NCBI RefSeq assembly: GCF_033153115.1
Contig: NW_026889782.1
Coordinates: forward strand, 20,026,001 to 20,090,000
Reading direction: 5' to 3'
DNA from: Saccostrea echinata
Taxonomy: Eukaryota
DNA length: 64,000 bases
Numbering within the stretch: position 1 is the first letter of the stretch; every line of letters begins with the position of its first letter. The notes under the pieces are model-generated. The model was not told the origin of the DNA. It worked only from the letters and a program-made list of their open reading frames with translations, and searched no databases. Made by a program: the position numbers and the translations under genes. Shown here piece by piece: positions 1 to 13,700 of this stretch.

Positions 1-105
1 TCTTATAATTAGTTTAAATGTTGAATACAAGGACAAAAGTTATAGCAGTCAGCATTAAAGAGCAAAAATAAATTAAAAAAATAAAATAAACAATAAATAA
101 ATAAA

Positions 106-250
106 TAAAATGAAATATATGTAAATAACGAACAGTATTCAAGTTTAAAAGTCCATTAAACAATACAAATTTTGGAGCAGAGCAAACACGGATTTCTAAA
201 ACATCAGAGGCGGGATAAGGTGCCATGGAGGAGTGAACATCCCCTGAGTG
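106..250 (-). mobile_element. Solo 3' terminal motif of the Penelope-like family
   Basis: Reverse complement of 19955-20091; further copies at ~9339-9408(-), ~11735-11812(-), ~42465-42560(-), ~58000-58148(+). Confidence 0.75.
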
Positions 251-309
251 AATCAACTGAGAGATATAAACCCCGTATGCAGGTGATGAAGGTATATTGC
301 TGCAAAAGT

Positions 310-547
310 AAGGCCGAGTTTAAAATAATGTTTGCTTGCCCTCTCCCGACTCAGGGTGAAAAAATTGGGTCGGTATTTAGGTGAGAAAAAAATTCTCAGA
401 AAATTTCAATTTCAATGCTAAATATTTAAAATCTATTTTATAGAATACATAAAAAAATTGCTTCCTGGAGGTTAAAAAGTCTTGATTCAGGCCATTTTTA
501 GTCAGTCAGTCGGGACAGGGCAACCAAACATTTTTTTAAGGTGGCCC
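310..547. mobile_element. Small TIR MITE
   Basis: GGCC..AATGTTTGCTTGCCCT..CCCGAC / GTCGGGACAGGGCAACCAAACATT..GGCC. Confidence 0.55.
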
Positions 548-927
548 AAGGGAAGTTGACGATTGAAAAGTTAAAGTCACCACGTTTATTTTAAAGCTTG
601 GTTGTAAGATAACCATTAAGTCTTTTTCTAGTAAAATATCCAAATATGAAACAGATGTGTCAGACTCTGTGGTATCTTTTATTTAAAGCTCACCGGGATA
701 TATCGTATCGACATAAGAATGAAAATAACCATTGTTAATTGACAATGCGTCGTCGATATATCTAAATGTTAATTTGAAAGCCTCAGCAAGTGTTTTCTTC
801 TTTAATTTTCACGTATAAGATTTTGAACAAATTCTGCTTTATATGAATACAAATATTTGTCTGCTAATAACGGGAAGACCTGGTTTAAAAAAAAAACACA
901 TATATATTGTCAATCATCAACTCAAGC

Positions 928-1459
928 ATCTGGTTTCAAACTGAATGAATTATTTAAACTATATTTGCTTACACGTCATTTATTTTAGAGGTTAAGGATG
1001 TAAAAGATCATATTTTTCTTTCTTTTCATAATTGTACAATTTGAAATAGTTATGGTAAACTGACTTCGAAATCAAGCAGGGGCTAAATTTTTGGCGGAAC
1101 GGCGGCGTATGAAAATATCTCGTTTTCTGCTTCTTAAAATTACTAAAAACAATGAATTTAAAAGGTATTTTCAAAACAATCAAAGGCTTAAGGATATTTT
1201 TGTAGTATCTAAAATTAATAATAATGGACTGAAGTTTTAAAATAAATCACCTAAATATAATTTATTAGACAAATGGTAATCTTATAGCTTTTAAATTTAA
1301 AACACCGCCATTTCGCCTAAAGTCACTTTACCATTACTATTTCAAATTGTACAATTATGAAAAAGAAAGAAAAATATTATCTTTAAAACCCTTAACATCT
1401 AAATATAAAAGAGATGTAAGCAAATATACTTTGAAGATTTCATTAAGTCAGAAACCAGA
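928..1459. mobile_element. Foldback MITE with ~140-bp inverted arms
   Basis: ~930-1066 is the imperfect reverse complement of ~1320-1459. Confidence 0.7.
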
Positions 1460-1529
1460 CAAGAATCCCTCATTAAATGGATAAACATTGTTTATGATTT
1501 ATCAGATGGTTTATCAAAAATATATTTCG

Positions 1530-2820
1530 CACGCAGGTATTAAAGCAGCACTCAGACCATTATTCGGAAAATTAACTTTTCTTAGTAAAGTGTAATATTG
1601 ATAATTCAGAAAATCCACGGATAAAACATTTACTTTTATTATCCATTATATAGACGTTAATGGGCGTGGTGGATTTTTCTTAACTTTGTGTACACCAGTG
1701 TACATCGGTGTGAAAGGTGGTGGTGTATAATCAAGTGCATTTTACGAGGTGTATATAGTATAGTATATGTTTTGCATCTTGCCAGTGTGTGACTAATTTT
1801 TTTGGTTTAAAGTGAAAAAAATTAATATACATTGAGAATTGACTAAATTATTTAAAATGGCTAAAAATAATTTCAATGTCTCCACTTACATACAAAAAAC
1901 AACTTGAATGTGATTTCATATCCTTTATATTACATAAAATCATTTCTTAAATTTTCAATCTTACCATTCTCCGCCATATTGGATTCAGTGTACACCTTTC
2001 AACACATGCCCTAAATTTGGTGTAAGAAAGTGTACATCGAGTGTACACCAAAAGTCTACACCTCTGCACTTGATTACGAAAGGTGTACACTGTGTAAAAG
2101 GTGTAAGTAAATCAAGTTCGCCCTATGAGTCTTAGACTAAGAAAAGCACTCCACTACGACGGCATCACGTGACGTCCATAAACAGAAGAAAAGGCCTTAA
2201 CAAAAAGTGAAAAGTTCAACGATACCCCCTGGGATAATTCATTTTTGATTGTAAAAAAAAATACAATTTCTAGATAAGATCGAGGAATTTTCATAAATTC
2301 ATTTTAACTTCACGATTCAAGCAGGTCCCCTTCGTTGAGCAATGGTTAGAGCGTCTGCTCTAAAGTCGCGAAGTAAGGAGCCGATCTTAACGTCGCGGGT
2401 TCGAATGACACCATATAAACTGAGGTCCCCTGTCGCAGTAGATGTTGGCACGAAAATGATCACTCACTGCTCAAGTGCCGAGTGAGGGTATAAATTTGCA
2501 GCCCTCCACAGGCGAGTGGTGGCGTCTCCATATGAGTGAAAAATTCTCGAGAGGGACGTTAAGCAACAAACAAACGATTCCAGCAGCACTTTCCAAGTAC
2601 TATGGAACAAAAACTTTTATACCATATAGAAATGTCATGATTTAGTTTTTATTATGTTTTGCATGTTTCAATTTTATTTTAGGGCTTGAAATAAATCTTT
2701 AAATTTCAATATTTAAGACATCGATATCATTAAAGTTCCGTCAAATAGCTAACTATGACGTCATATTGCATGCATAGGTAATATAAAATATCTGAGTGTA
2801 GCCTTAACATACCCTGACAG
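1530..2820. mobile_element. Inverted copy of the same TIR element with nested insertions
   Basis: Reverse-complement match to 18432-19429, interrupted at ~1662-2123 (TGTACAC-rich element) and 2325-2573 (SINE). Confidence 0.65.
2325..2573 (+). mobile_element. tRNA-derived SINE, internally deleted
   Basis: A box TGGTTAGAGCG, B box GGTTCGAAT, (AAAC)n tail; 13-bp TSD ACGATTC(A/C)AGCAG at 2312-2324 and 2574-2586. Confidence 0.85.
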
Positions 2821-3341
2821 AACTGTTAAGTGTACATAAAGGAGGTGTTGCCTAATTTATACTGGAAATGTTAATTGTGACATTATGCTAAAATAACAAG
2901 TCTTCGAAATACCAGAGAATTATTGAATTTGCAGTTTTAAACTTTTTAAATTTATCATTTACAGATGTGTAATAGATCGTTAATACCAGTGCTTTAAGTA
3001 AGTATAATTGTCATTATTCAATTGTTATCTAGAGAAGGTATTCAAAAAATTCTACCTTGTTTTTTTTTTTTTACAGGTTGGCATGTTTTGCATCGGGGTG
3101 TCTCGCTAAATCGCCTTTTCGCAAGGGTATACACTTAATAGATCTTGAAAATCTTTTAATATAAATAAGGGAAATATTCCTTAATTTAAAGAAATCAAGA
3201 GAAATGCTTAATAAAACATAAAATATTTCAATTTGGGCCCATTCATTTTTAAACGAATAAAATGCTAATTTTTTTCAAGCAGCAGAAAACTACAACAACG
3301 GGTATGCCTTGCGATATTGAAATTTGTTTATGACCTCCATC

Positions 3342-4373
3342 GCAGCTAGGTTAAGGACTCCCATATTTACATCAGCCTATGCGGAGGCTCGTGAAAGCTA
3401 TTATGACGTCACGTTAAAAGAGTACAAATGAATTTCGATGAATAAATACTATATGTTCTTTTTAAAACACACTCAGAAACGTTCGTGTCTCAAAAATATT
3501 ACAAAGATATGTGAATGTGCAACTTATCTTGCAAAAAAGCACTTAGCGTATGTAAAATAAAAACCAGATTGATCTCGCTGAATTTACTGAGATGACGTCA
3601 TTTCTTAGTTTGACACGCAGTTTCTCTGTACTTGAGGCGTGGATCAATCTTTTATCATAGTTTGTAAGAATAAAAATAAACGAAACAAGCTTTATTGGAC
3701 AAAAATAAAGACATATTCTGAAATATATTAATCCATATTTTATTCTATAACTAAATTGATAATGTGTACACTTTAAATATAGCCGTAGGGAGCACATTTG
3801 TACAGTAACGTGCTAGAATGAGGGGTCCAACACATCGAAAATATCAAAGCTCAACGATACCCGCTTCACTATAATTTTCTGAATTTTTAAACACGTGTAG
3901 CTTTTATTCCTACTATTCTGAAAAGTGCTGGGACCTAGTTGTGCATTGTTTATATATTCCTAATGTAACATTATTCCAATGCGTATTACATCTATGTCTG
4001 GAGTTTATAGAAAGAGGGCGATATTTTACACAATTCCCGAGCATGAGGAAGTTGCTTCCAGCACTTTTCATGTTAACAAATTTGTCTCAAACAAAACAGA
4101 ATAAATTTTATAGTAGAAAGATTCCCGTATATCGTTTAACTTTTAATCTTTCTAGTAGTACATATATGTTCTAATTTTAAACCTATCACGTGACAAACAG
4201 CTGATGTAAGCGATGTCGCTTGGGCCGAACCTAGCAGAGATCTGATACATACAATGCAAACACCATAATTCACATTCATCAAAACTAATGCTGTTAAAAA
4301 AATATTAAAATTGTATTCATTTTCTCTGAATCTATTAAGGGGTATATTTCATGGGCGTCCTTAACCTAGCTGC
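3342..4373. mobile_element. TIR MITE
   Basis: GCAGCTAGGTTAAGGACTCCCAT ... ATGGGCGTCCTTAACCTAGCTGC. Confidence 0.7.
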
Positions 4374-4747
4374 GTTGCAGTTAAAAATATATGCATTTAT
4401 CACGTGACTTTCAAATCAGGAGACCGAACTAAATTCAATACAGAGTGGGATATATTACGTCAATTCAATTTAAAGGTCATGTGGTAAAAAATGACTTTAC
4501 AAAAAATAATTCAGTTTGAAAAGGGATCTATTTATACACTTCTTTATTCCTTTGATTTCTTCATAGTACGCTTTAACAGTGCTGCATTTTGCAAATTGTA
4601 AATATCCCAAACAATGATCCGGGTATAGCATGAACACACCCGTTCTGCCAAAATGAAACTGAATCTCCGTTCCAACAGGGATATATTTAGATTTTGTTGT
4701 CTTTTAGAACATTTTATTACTATTTTTCTGATATTATGTATACTAAC

Positions 4748-7700
4748 CAGCAATCACCATACAACATATCAATGCATCGAAGTTGCGTAAGTCATACTGA
4801 ATATCATCCGTGGACGAAATTTCAAACTCGTCGTCTTTGAGCTTAGTATGTGTATTGTAAAACAGGCGTGCCTCAAATTCCTTTTTTACTCTCCAGGGAA
4901 TTTTAACATCAAATAAATATTCCTTTACTAGTAAAGGCATTTTAAGTCCTTTCTTGTAATCATCAATCAAGAATACGCTGGCATCCTTGCTAGATTTCTT
5001 CAGAAGAGTAAAATAGAATTGCCATTTCAGTACAGCCTAATATGAAACATTTTTGAGTAATTATGAAAATTTGGATATATCATAAACGTAAAATACGAAG
5101 TACAATTAAACTAAATACGTCATATGTTACTGTTATTATTTGCAGGTCAAATATCAACTTAATTTTGAGTTGTCAAATTAATGCTTAAAGAACTATATGT
5201 GTTCTGTTCAATTTTTGTTACCTTAAAGGAAACAATAGGGTATGATTTGACAGCACTTATAAGAATTTCTTCTTTAAATCCACCATTCCCAATGGATATA
5301 ACAACAGGCAACACCTTATGTCTACAATGTGCTGGTTTAAATGAAAAAAAAAATCTGTATCAGATTGTAAGAAAAACTGTGTCCATAGTGATATTAGTCT
5401 TTGTCTTATATTTTCTCTTTATTTTAAAGCATTAGTAATAAATGATTTATTTCTTATTTTAAGTGGTAAGAAAATAAATATCACATATTGTATTTCGTTC
5501 TCAACATATACCTTCAATCATGCGTTGAAAGTACTTAATTTCAGTCTCCTCCTCTTTGCAATCACCTCTTTCAAACGCATATTCACCCATTTTGATAAGT
5601 ATCTAAGAGATCATATTAAAGATATAAAACAGCACACTTAAAATTGCATATAAGGAGGAGGAGCATAATTTATACGGGAAATGTTTACTATGACATCCCA
5701 CAAAATTAATAATTCTTCCAAAAGTAAGAAAATAATTCCAATCTTAATTTTATTTATTGATTTCCTGTGTGTTGATTGAACAAGAACAAATTCAAGAAAA
5801 AGTTTACACATCGATAAATCTCTCAACCAGAACAAGTTTCTAGCTTTTATTGTAAAAAATTGAACCAAATCGTTACTTCTAGTCTGTTTTAGCTAAACGA
5901 TTACAGAAACTTTAAATTAAATAAAAACAATACTGACTACATACAGGACTGACAGACGGGAATGCTATGTCATTGTCAGATCACGAGTTAAATCTCTCAT
6001 AGGATATTATCGTCGTTCCTATTGCTAAGCAAATCAGCTCATTTCTCAGTAGCTGATAGAAAAGAGAAACGTGGCCCCTCAGACTCTTGCCTTATTAGCA
6101 TCAAATTCATATTTCTACATCCTATATTCTGTCCCGTTTTTAAACAAACCAGAGCAAATCATGGGTGCCGTCGGATTGCTACTTTCATTTTAGAGCGTTT
6201 GTCGTTAATGTCAACATGATCAAGGACGAATTCTTCTGAAGTCTACTTGTATTTAAGATATTCGTTGACTTAAACAATATTTGAAGAGGTTTTTTAAGTT
6301 TGTTTTATTAAATGTTTTGACAATTTAATTTAAACTTTATTGATGTTCATCTCGATTACGTTTCATTTCCACATCGGACATAAAGTATTCCTAGGCTGTA
6401 TACAGAAATAACGGATTGTATGGAGGCTTCAAAGAGAAATAATTTTAAAGCTTCGCAATTGGAATTATAAGAATTAAACGTTCTTTTTAAAAATTTTATC
6501 GATGTGTAAACTCTTGACATTTTACTCACAAACTTAACATAAAAGTGCTTCGCACTTTTATTTAGTTTGTGAGTAAAGTGTCAAGAGTTTATACATGGAT
6601 AAAATTTTCAAAACGAACGTTTAATCCTATAATGAAAAAAAAATGTGATTCTGTATAAAAGAAATAAAGAACACATCAAAACCTACTAATGTATGCAAAT
6701 TTATAGTTAAAACTAGCAAAGCGAGATAAAACAAATAACTTAAACTTTGCACTTGTCGACATGACGTCATTATGGTAAAATCGGACACTTTAGAGTGCAG
6801 TGAGGGGATCGTCTCCATTTTTTCAAAGTGAAAAATACATTTTATGATTAAATAAATAAATAATTAATTGAAGAGAATTAATTTACATGCGAAGTCTTTT
6901 TAATAATTTTATTCCTATATTTTCTCTACATTGTCTATTATGCAGCTGGTAAAGTGATACAGTCTACTGGCGTATATTTATATGAAAATACACGAACAGA
7001 TCTTAATTAAACGATTCATTGCAATGAAACATGATAAGCTTTTAAACATAAAACTAATAGGCATTATGAAGTTCAAAAAGTGCCGCGAACCTGCGAAAAT
7101 CTTGCAGATGAATTATTTATTTCAAATTTCATTGCAGTTGTCCAGAAAGAAATTCACTACGCGATTTTATAAAAATGTTTTTTTAACATTTAAATAGTAT
7201 TATCTGTCTAGGTTTGTTGCATTTGTTATAAACTACAAAAGATGTTGAAGATATTTCTGAATAAAACTCTTAATTTAAACTTGATTATGCCCTTGTGATA
7301 TTCAAGTTTATAGATGACCACATTACTATATGGGTATTAGCTAAATCACGTGATTGCTCCATCATGTGACCAGTTTAGATATAAAATCTAATCGTCTTCA
7401 ATATTTCGTTCTATCCATATTTTACTTGTCTAATATTAGCCCTTACTAAACAAAAATGAATTTTTTATCACCACCATCACCACCACAAAATAGGTGTTTT
7501 AAACGTTTTGGAATGCATTTTACGGTTCTTTTTGGCTTGTCAAGAAATTTTCTGGATAGGGAAAGGAATTTAGTTTTTTTTTGTTTTTGTTTTGACTGGG
7601 TTGGACCCCCCCCCCCCTCCCCGAAAAAAATACTTGATCCGCGCCTGTAACTACACTGCGTTAGCTTTCTCTTATTATGCCCTAAAGATTATAACAACAA

Positions 7701-10700
7701 TTATATTTTCTTCTCTATGCACATTCTACTGATAAATCATAAATATATGTTTCTAAACAGTGATAAATTTCTTAATATCATCATCTTACATGTATAGTAT
7801 CTTTGGTCGTTTTTTGATGAATGATCACTTTATCCTGAAAGAACAAAGTTTTTTCAACGATGTCCAAACACGGTAATCCGGTTTTCTCTACAAAAATTGC
7901 AAGTAGTATTTAATGAAAAGAAATGCCTTTACAATGAAATTATTCTGGTTTTTTTAAATGATATTTTATAACTCCTAACCAGTTTACATACTTGAAATAC
8001 TCCTGATATTGCCTAGAAGCTTGCTTCTGCTATCCATCCTCTCGTTTTTACTTTCTATTTGGTCTCTTTCTGATTCTGTATCTGGGTTATTTGCAAATAA
8101 AAGATACGGTATGACTTTTTCTTTTCTAAGTTTAACATCTCCCCCATCATCGAACCAAAGATCGACGAAAATCTAAAATAGGAAAAGCTTAATATATTGT
8201 AAGTATTCTGTAATCTTCGAAACATCGTACAAACGACATTATTGTACATTATACTGTTTTATTTTTAATAAATTTATTCCATTAATGCAGAATGACCTCT
8301 TAAACCTATGTTCACTTATCTGTTCAAAGGACTAACATAATTTCTGGATAGAATAATGTTTCCACTGGAAGCTGTTTCAAAATTAAGTGGCCTACCTTTT
8401 TGTTTAACGATTTTCCCAAATATCGTATTTAGAAGTAAGCTTAAATCTAGAATTCCATGTAGTATTATACGAAGGGCCTGCTGAGTATATTAAAGTACTT
8501 GAGAGAAAAATGATTAATAATAAATTTAAGAGCAATTTATATTTTTAAAAAAAATACTACAATGAGTTCTTATTAGTAAATGTCCTACGATCAACTATTT
8601 AAACAAATCATCAATATTGGTTACGAATCTCTATGCAAAGTGATTGCAGATTAAGAAAATTGGTATCTTTTAGCAATAAAGAGCCTTCATTGAAAAATAT
8701 AGTCTATCTAGTAGCTCAATCTGTCTTCAAATTAAAAACACATGTTTTTCTCGTATTCTAATGCAGGAATAATCAAAATTTGCCAACAATATGAAATAAG
8801 AATTCTCATGTTTGAAAGCATGTAAGGGACATAAATAGTTCAACGACGATTATAATGGTACAACCAGCATTTAATTTTCAGCAAGCAAGCAGAATGACCA
8901 GGTAGCAATCCTAGTTTTTCTTGATAACGATCAAGTACACAAAAGTGGCGTTCAAAAGTAATTAAGGCATGCAGCGTACTTTACATGCTTTTTGTTTGAA
9001 TGGTCAAAGACGAAAGGAGCTTATCCCTAATTAAAGCATTATGTGTATCTCTTCATTTAATTGTTTTTTTATCAATGACAATGACAATATGAAACCCTTA
9101 CAATTTCCTCAGGTTACATAAAACTTGATATGCAAACACAGATACGAAAGTTTGTCTATTGAAGGTTGATTAAGATAGATTGAAACGGATAAATTGTGAT
9201 CTCCTCTAAGAAACTAGCTGTTTTCAATATAATCTTAAAAAAACCCAAAATCAAAGGATTTGAAAACATCAATCAAATTTGAAGATATCTTACAGTAGTC
9301 AAATCTTACATAATAATACAGTTAAATCAGAGAAAAAACAGAGGTGAAATCAAGTGCCATGGAGAACTGTACATCCCCTGTCGACTGATCACACTGGCGG
9401 TGTGTCCCTTCTAATAAATAGACAATACGAAAAATCCGTGAGCAATTTGGTGTGGAAATTGTCGAAGGATCATGGCTATGCATGAGGGAGATAATCCTTA
9501 AGTTTGAAATAAATTTCTTAATTTTACCCCAGCATTTAAATATATATCCGTATTTTCAAGCTAGTACCGAAGTACTCAGCTAGTGGACTGTAGAGACTCT
9601 CGGGGACTAACAGTCCGACAGCAGAGTCGTCGACCCAGGGGTCATAATGTTAATCATATACGGTACTAATTTTGATGCACAAGATGCGCATTTCGATAAA
9701 TTATGTTTCTTCAGTAATAAATAGACAGAAACCACTCTTCAATATTATTCCATGCTCTTTTACGATATAACATTCAAGAAAAAGATGTTCAATTCACTCA
9801 ATGTGAGTTTTACAGAAACTGCAAGCTGGGGACTCCCATATCTTAAGTTTAATAAGATATGAATTTGTTGGAACTATTTTATGTAAAATTTGAAATTGTA
9901 CCCCTAAAGTTTTGATTCTTCATCAGGCCATTCAGGCAAAGTCATTAAATATCCATCCTCGTTTAATTCTAAATTTGAAGTACTTGTTCTTTTCTGTCTA
10001 TTGATAAGATATTATACATGTCTTTATATCCTTTCATATAAATATAAAACATCTTCACGGAACTGGGAATATTTGTTCTATATGAATAATCACATTCCTT
10101 TGGTTTTTGTTAAAAAATCTTACACTGCCTGTTTAAAACCAGAATATTCAACAAAATTTGTTTTTACACCGAGATTTTCAAAGGTGTCAAGGCTTTAAAA
10201 TTATTAATTAAGTCATGCAAGTCACTTATGAAAACGAAACCAGCATTGAAATGACTTTTAAGAAAGACAGAAGACTCTTCCATAGTGATTTTGGGATTAT
10301 ACCATGTGTTCTTGGAATATATTTGTATTTTTCTGTGGTTCTACAAAACATATGCTAAGCCCAATTCTTCAGGATTTCTATCCAAAAAGTGTTTGATATT
10401 TTCTTACATAAAATAGCAGTAAAGTCTGAACCCATAAACCAGAGAATTTTAATGTCTTTATGTAGTTGCGCTTGAAGTAATTTCTGATAAAATATAAAAC
10501 GGCTTCTTTTGTTATTGGTCCCTCTAAACTTGTCGATTCCCTTCAACGTAGTCTGGGTATATTATAATCTTTTAACCTAGTGTAAATACTATCATCTGTT
10601 TCAGCATTCTCTCTTTTTATATAAATTTTCATAGAATCTTTTTGTTTCATTTAAAATGTCCTCTTGATTGGATATCGTTCGTCCATCTTTTTTAGTAATA

Positions 10701-13700
10701 TTTGGAATTTGTATACTGATATAATTTCTAGATTTTAAACTTACAAAATACTTTGTCCGTTGTTCTCCTACATGTGACCGTGTCTACAAGTTCTTTTTGT
10801 GGATAAAGAGTAATAATTTTTATGCTTTTTTTAAGAAACAAAGCTGAAATGACATTTTTATAATTTACGTCTACCTTTGTTTTTCCGTCTCCGGCCTTGA
10901 TATATCCATGCATATCTGAAATCAGAAATACCTATTTATAGCTTCAAATACAATGTTTTAAAGGCTTAATAAATAAAATTGTTTTTACTAAAATTAAAAT
11001 AAATGCAGAGAATTTTCTCAATTTATGGTTTTCACTTTCTGTGTTTCTTATTTATCTATTTACGTATCATTTTTATGTTTTGTTTGTTTGTTTTTTGTAA
11101 GCCCTAAGCAACGCCTGTGAATCTACTTGTGATAATGCAGAACGAAATACATGCTATGTCAAACTTTAAAGAATGAAACTTGTTAAGACATCACTTGGTC
11201 GATTTTTCTACAGGAGTTTTGTTTCGTAATTTTTTTTTTCATAGATGGCACTTAAAATGCAATGTATTCCAAGATATCTTGGATATGGTCTTCATATCAT
11301 CACATTTTTGTTCAAATGACCTGTAGTACCTCCGGAAATAAAGATAAAAAAGCAAAACATCGATGAATAGAATAAAATGTAGTTTGTTAAGATCAACAAA
11401 ACCTATGTAGCTAACGTGTTCAATCTATTTATCTTGTCTCAAGATAATTTAACTTGTTATTTGGTCTTATTTTTCTTACCATCTTGGAGTTTCGGAAGAT
11501 GGGCAGGATAATAAGTAAACGTTGGCAAAAACTTCAGACACTTGAGATCTGTAATTTTCCATCCATTCCTAGCAAATGACGAGTCTTTATCCCATACCAC
11601 AGTAACTACGTTTCGTCCAGCGTTTACTTTGTAGTTGGTTATTTTGGAAATTTTTCCCCGTTTTCTTCCTGGATATGTAAATTAAAGATAACAAACATTA
11701 ATCAAGTCCATTGAAACAATACAAATCTGCTGCAAAACTAACACGGACCTCTTAAAAGACGTGAGATGGGCAGGTGCCATGGAGGAGGTTAGCATCGCCT
11801 GTCGACCGGTCGATTTCATATTGCCCCCCCCCCCCCAAGTCGCTGTATTCGCGATTTCAACATCATCTTTTACTAAAAATCCATTTTGGTAAAGTATCAA
11901 TGTCTATTTTTTTTATATTTTGCCCATCGTTGCCGTAATCTTTGATAGAATAAAAAATATTTATGAAATTATCGCATCAATTCAAAGATCGAGGTTTCCT
12001 AATTCTTGGCCTTTTTAAAATAAGTGATTTAAGGTCCTCATAATTAACTATCTTTATGTCACCAGAAATGATGTATCTAGCAGGACTATAGTTGAGGGAT
12101 GAAAACGAACTTGAACATGTAGGAGGATTGTCTCTGATGTTCGATATCTATGCACTGTAAGAGCTTCTTTTGTAATAAAAAAAATTGAAAGCAATAGTCA
12201 ATGTATATTTGAAGTACAAGGTGTGGATTTCAACTTAAAGAATGTTGGAACACAGACTGGTCCCTTTTATGATTAAGAATATCACTAATATTTATTTTTT
12301 CAATTGCTTTGTTGGTAAAATGGAGTTAAAGGAACAAACGGGGTTTGTGAGCAGTATCTTCTTCCGTAAAACGCGGCGGTTTAAAAGCCTATTGTTTGCA
12401 ATATCCATAACACACATCTAATCCTGTATGATACCGAGGAATCCAAATAGGGACTTTCTTTGACCTTTCAAATATTCCATTTCAAATTTAAAAGAAAAAA
12501 AAAACATAGTAAAGATTGGTTCAAATGTGATGAAGACCTGTCTATTTACATAAGGTAGTAGAGAGTCAAAAAGAGACATCGTATATAATATATTTATTGA
12601 AAGACCGATGTCCATGACTTCTCTTACGTCTTTGTGAGTTGTTAAAAAATTTCATCACATCCACATTACTACACTGTGGATTTGAAAGATTCCCAACACT
12701 ATCGACATTGGAGGGATACCGCCGTGCCGTTTCCTAATCCATATTCTTCTCGTTGTCGACAGAAAGATGTACTGCATGATAGGCAATTAGCATGATGGTA
12801 AATCTTATAAATGATATAAAAAGCATCAATTTTAAATAAGGAATGTGAATTTATAGAGCACCTTAAGGAAACTTACCATTGGAACTTCCAATTTCACTGA
12901 CATTTGCGCCTTTAAAAAGTCCAAGTGCTTGTACTTTATTTTTTGAAGCAAGTGCGGATCTAGGCTGATCTAATCTTTCACTGAAAATTATTATCATATG
13001 TATGATATCGTGAAAACATTTATACTCTTATTTTTCATGAAGTTAAAAGAATATCAATTATTTTTTCACATTAGTGCTTTTCTTATTATAATCAAACGTT
13101 TGTTCAACTGCAAGGATATATATATTTCATTCTTGTCCATAATGTTACAGACATGCTATTCTTTTTGGTAATAATTATCATACTGTCAAATGCGTACGTG
13201 AATTTTAAATATATACACGATGATCCAGTAAATGTAGAAAAATGAAATCAGTTCACACAGTTTTTACGAACGTTATAGGTGTAAATGATTTGCATATGCA
13301 AGCCAAGTCTGACGTAAAGCTTAATTAACATAAAAAAATAGGGATTTAGAATTTTTATGCCACACTGCTAAGTGTGTTTGATAACTCTTTTTAATATAGA
13401 CAATAACTGAGTAAATTTTTCAAAAATCAAAATAAGAATAAACGATTATGTACGAGCTTCATACACGTAAGTATAAACATTACGTATACGTATACAAGGA
13501 CTGCACAACCCAATCCGACTTTGCGCTAGATTTTATAAATTTTATAAGAATGTCATGAATAGGGATGACCTATTTTAATCAAATAACATGGTTTACCAAT
13601 TGTAAATCAATGACTTAAATGTATTCCGCCACTTTTCATTTATATGGATAATTATCTTGTGTCTGACTCCTTTGAATTATATTCAAATATAACTTTTAAA

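Noticed and set aside
4500-4700. Open frame after gene A's last traced exon
   Set aside because: No counterpart in gene B and no TRPM similarity; cannot be supported.
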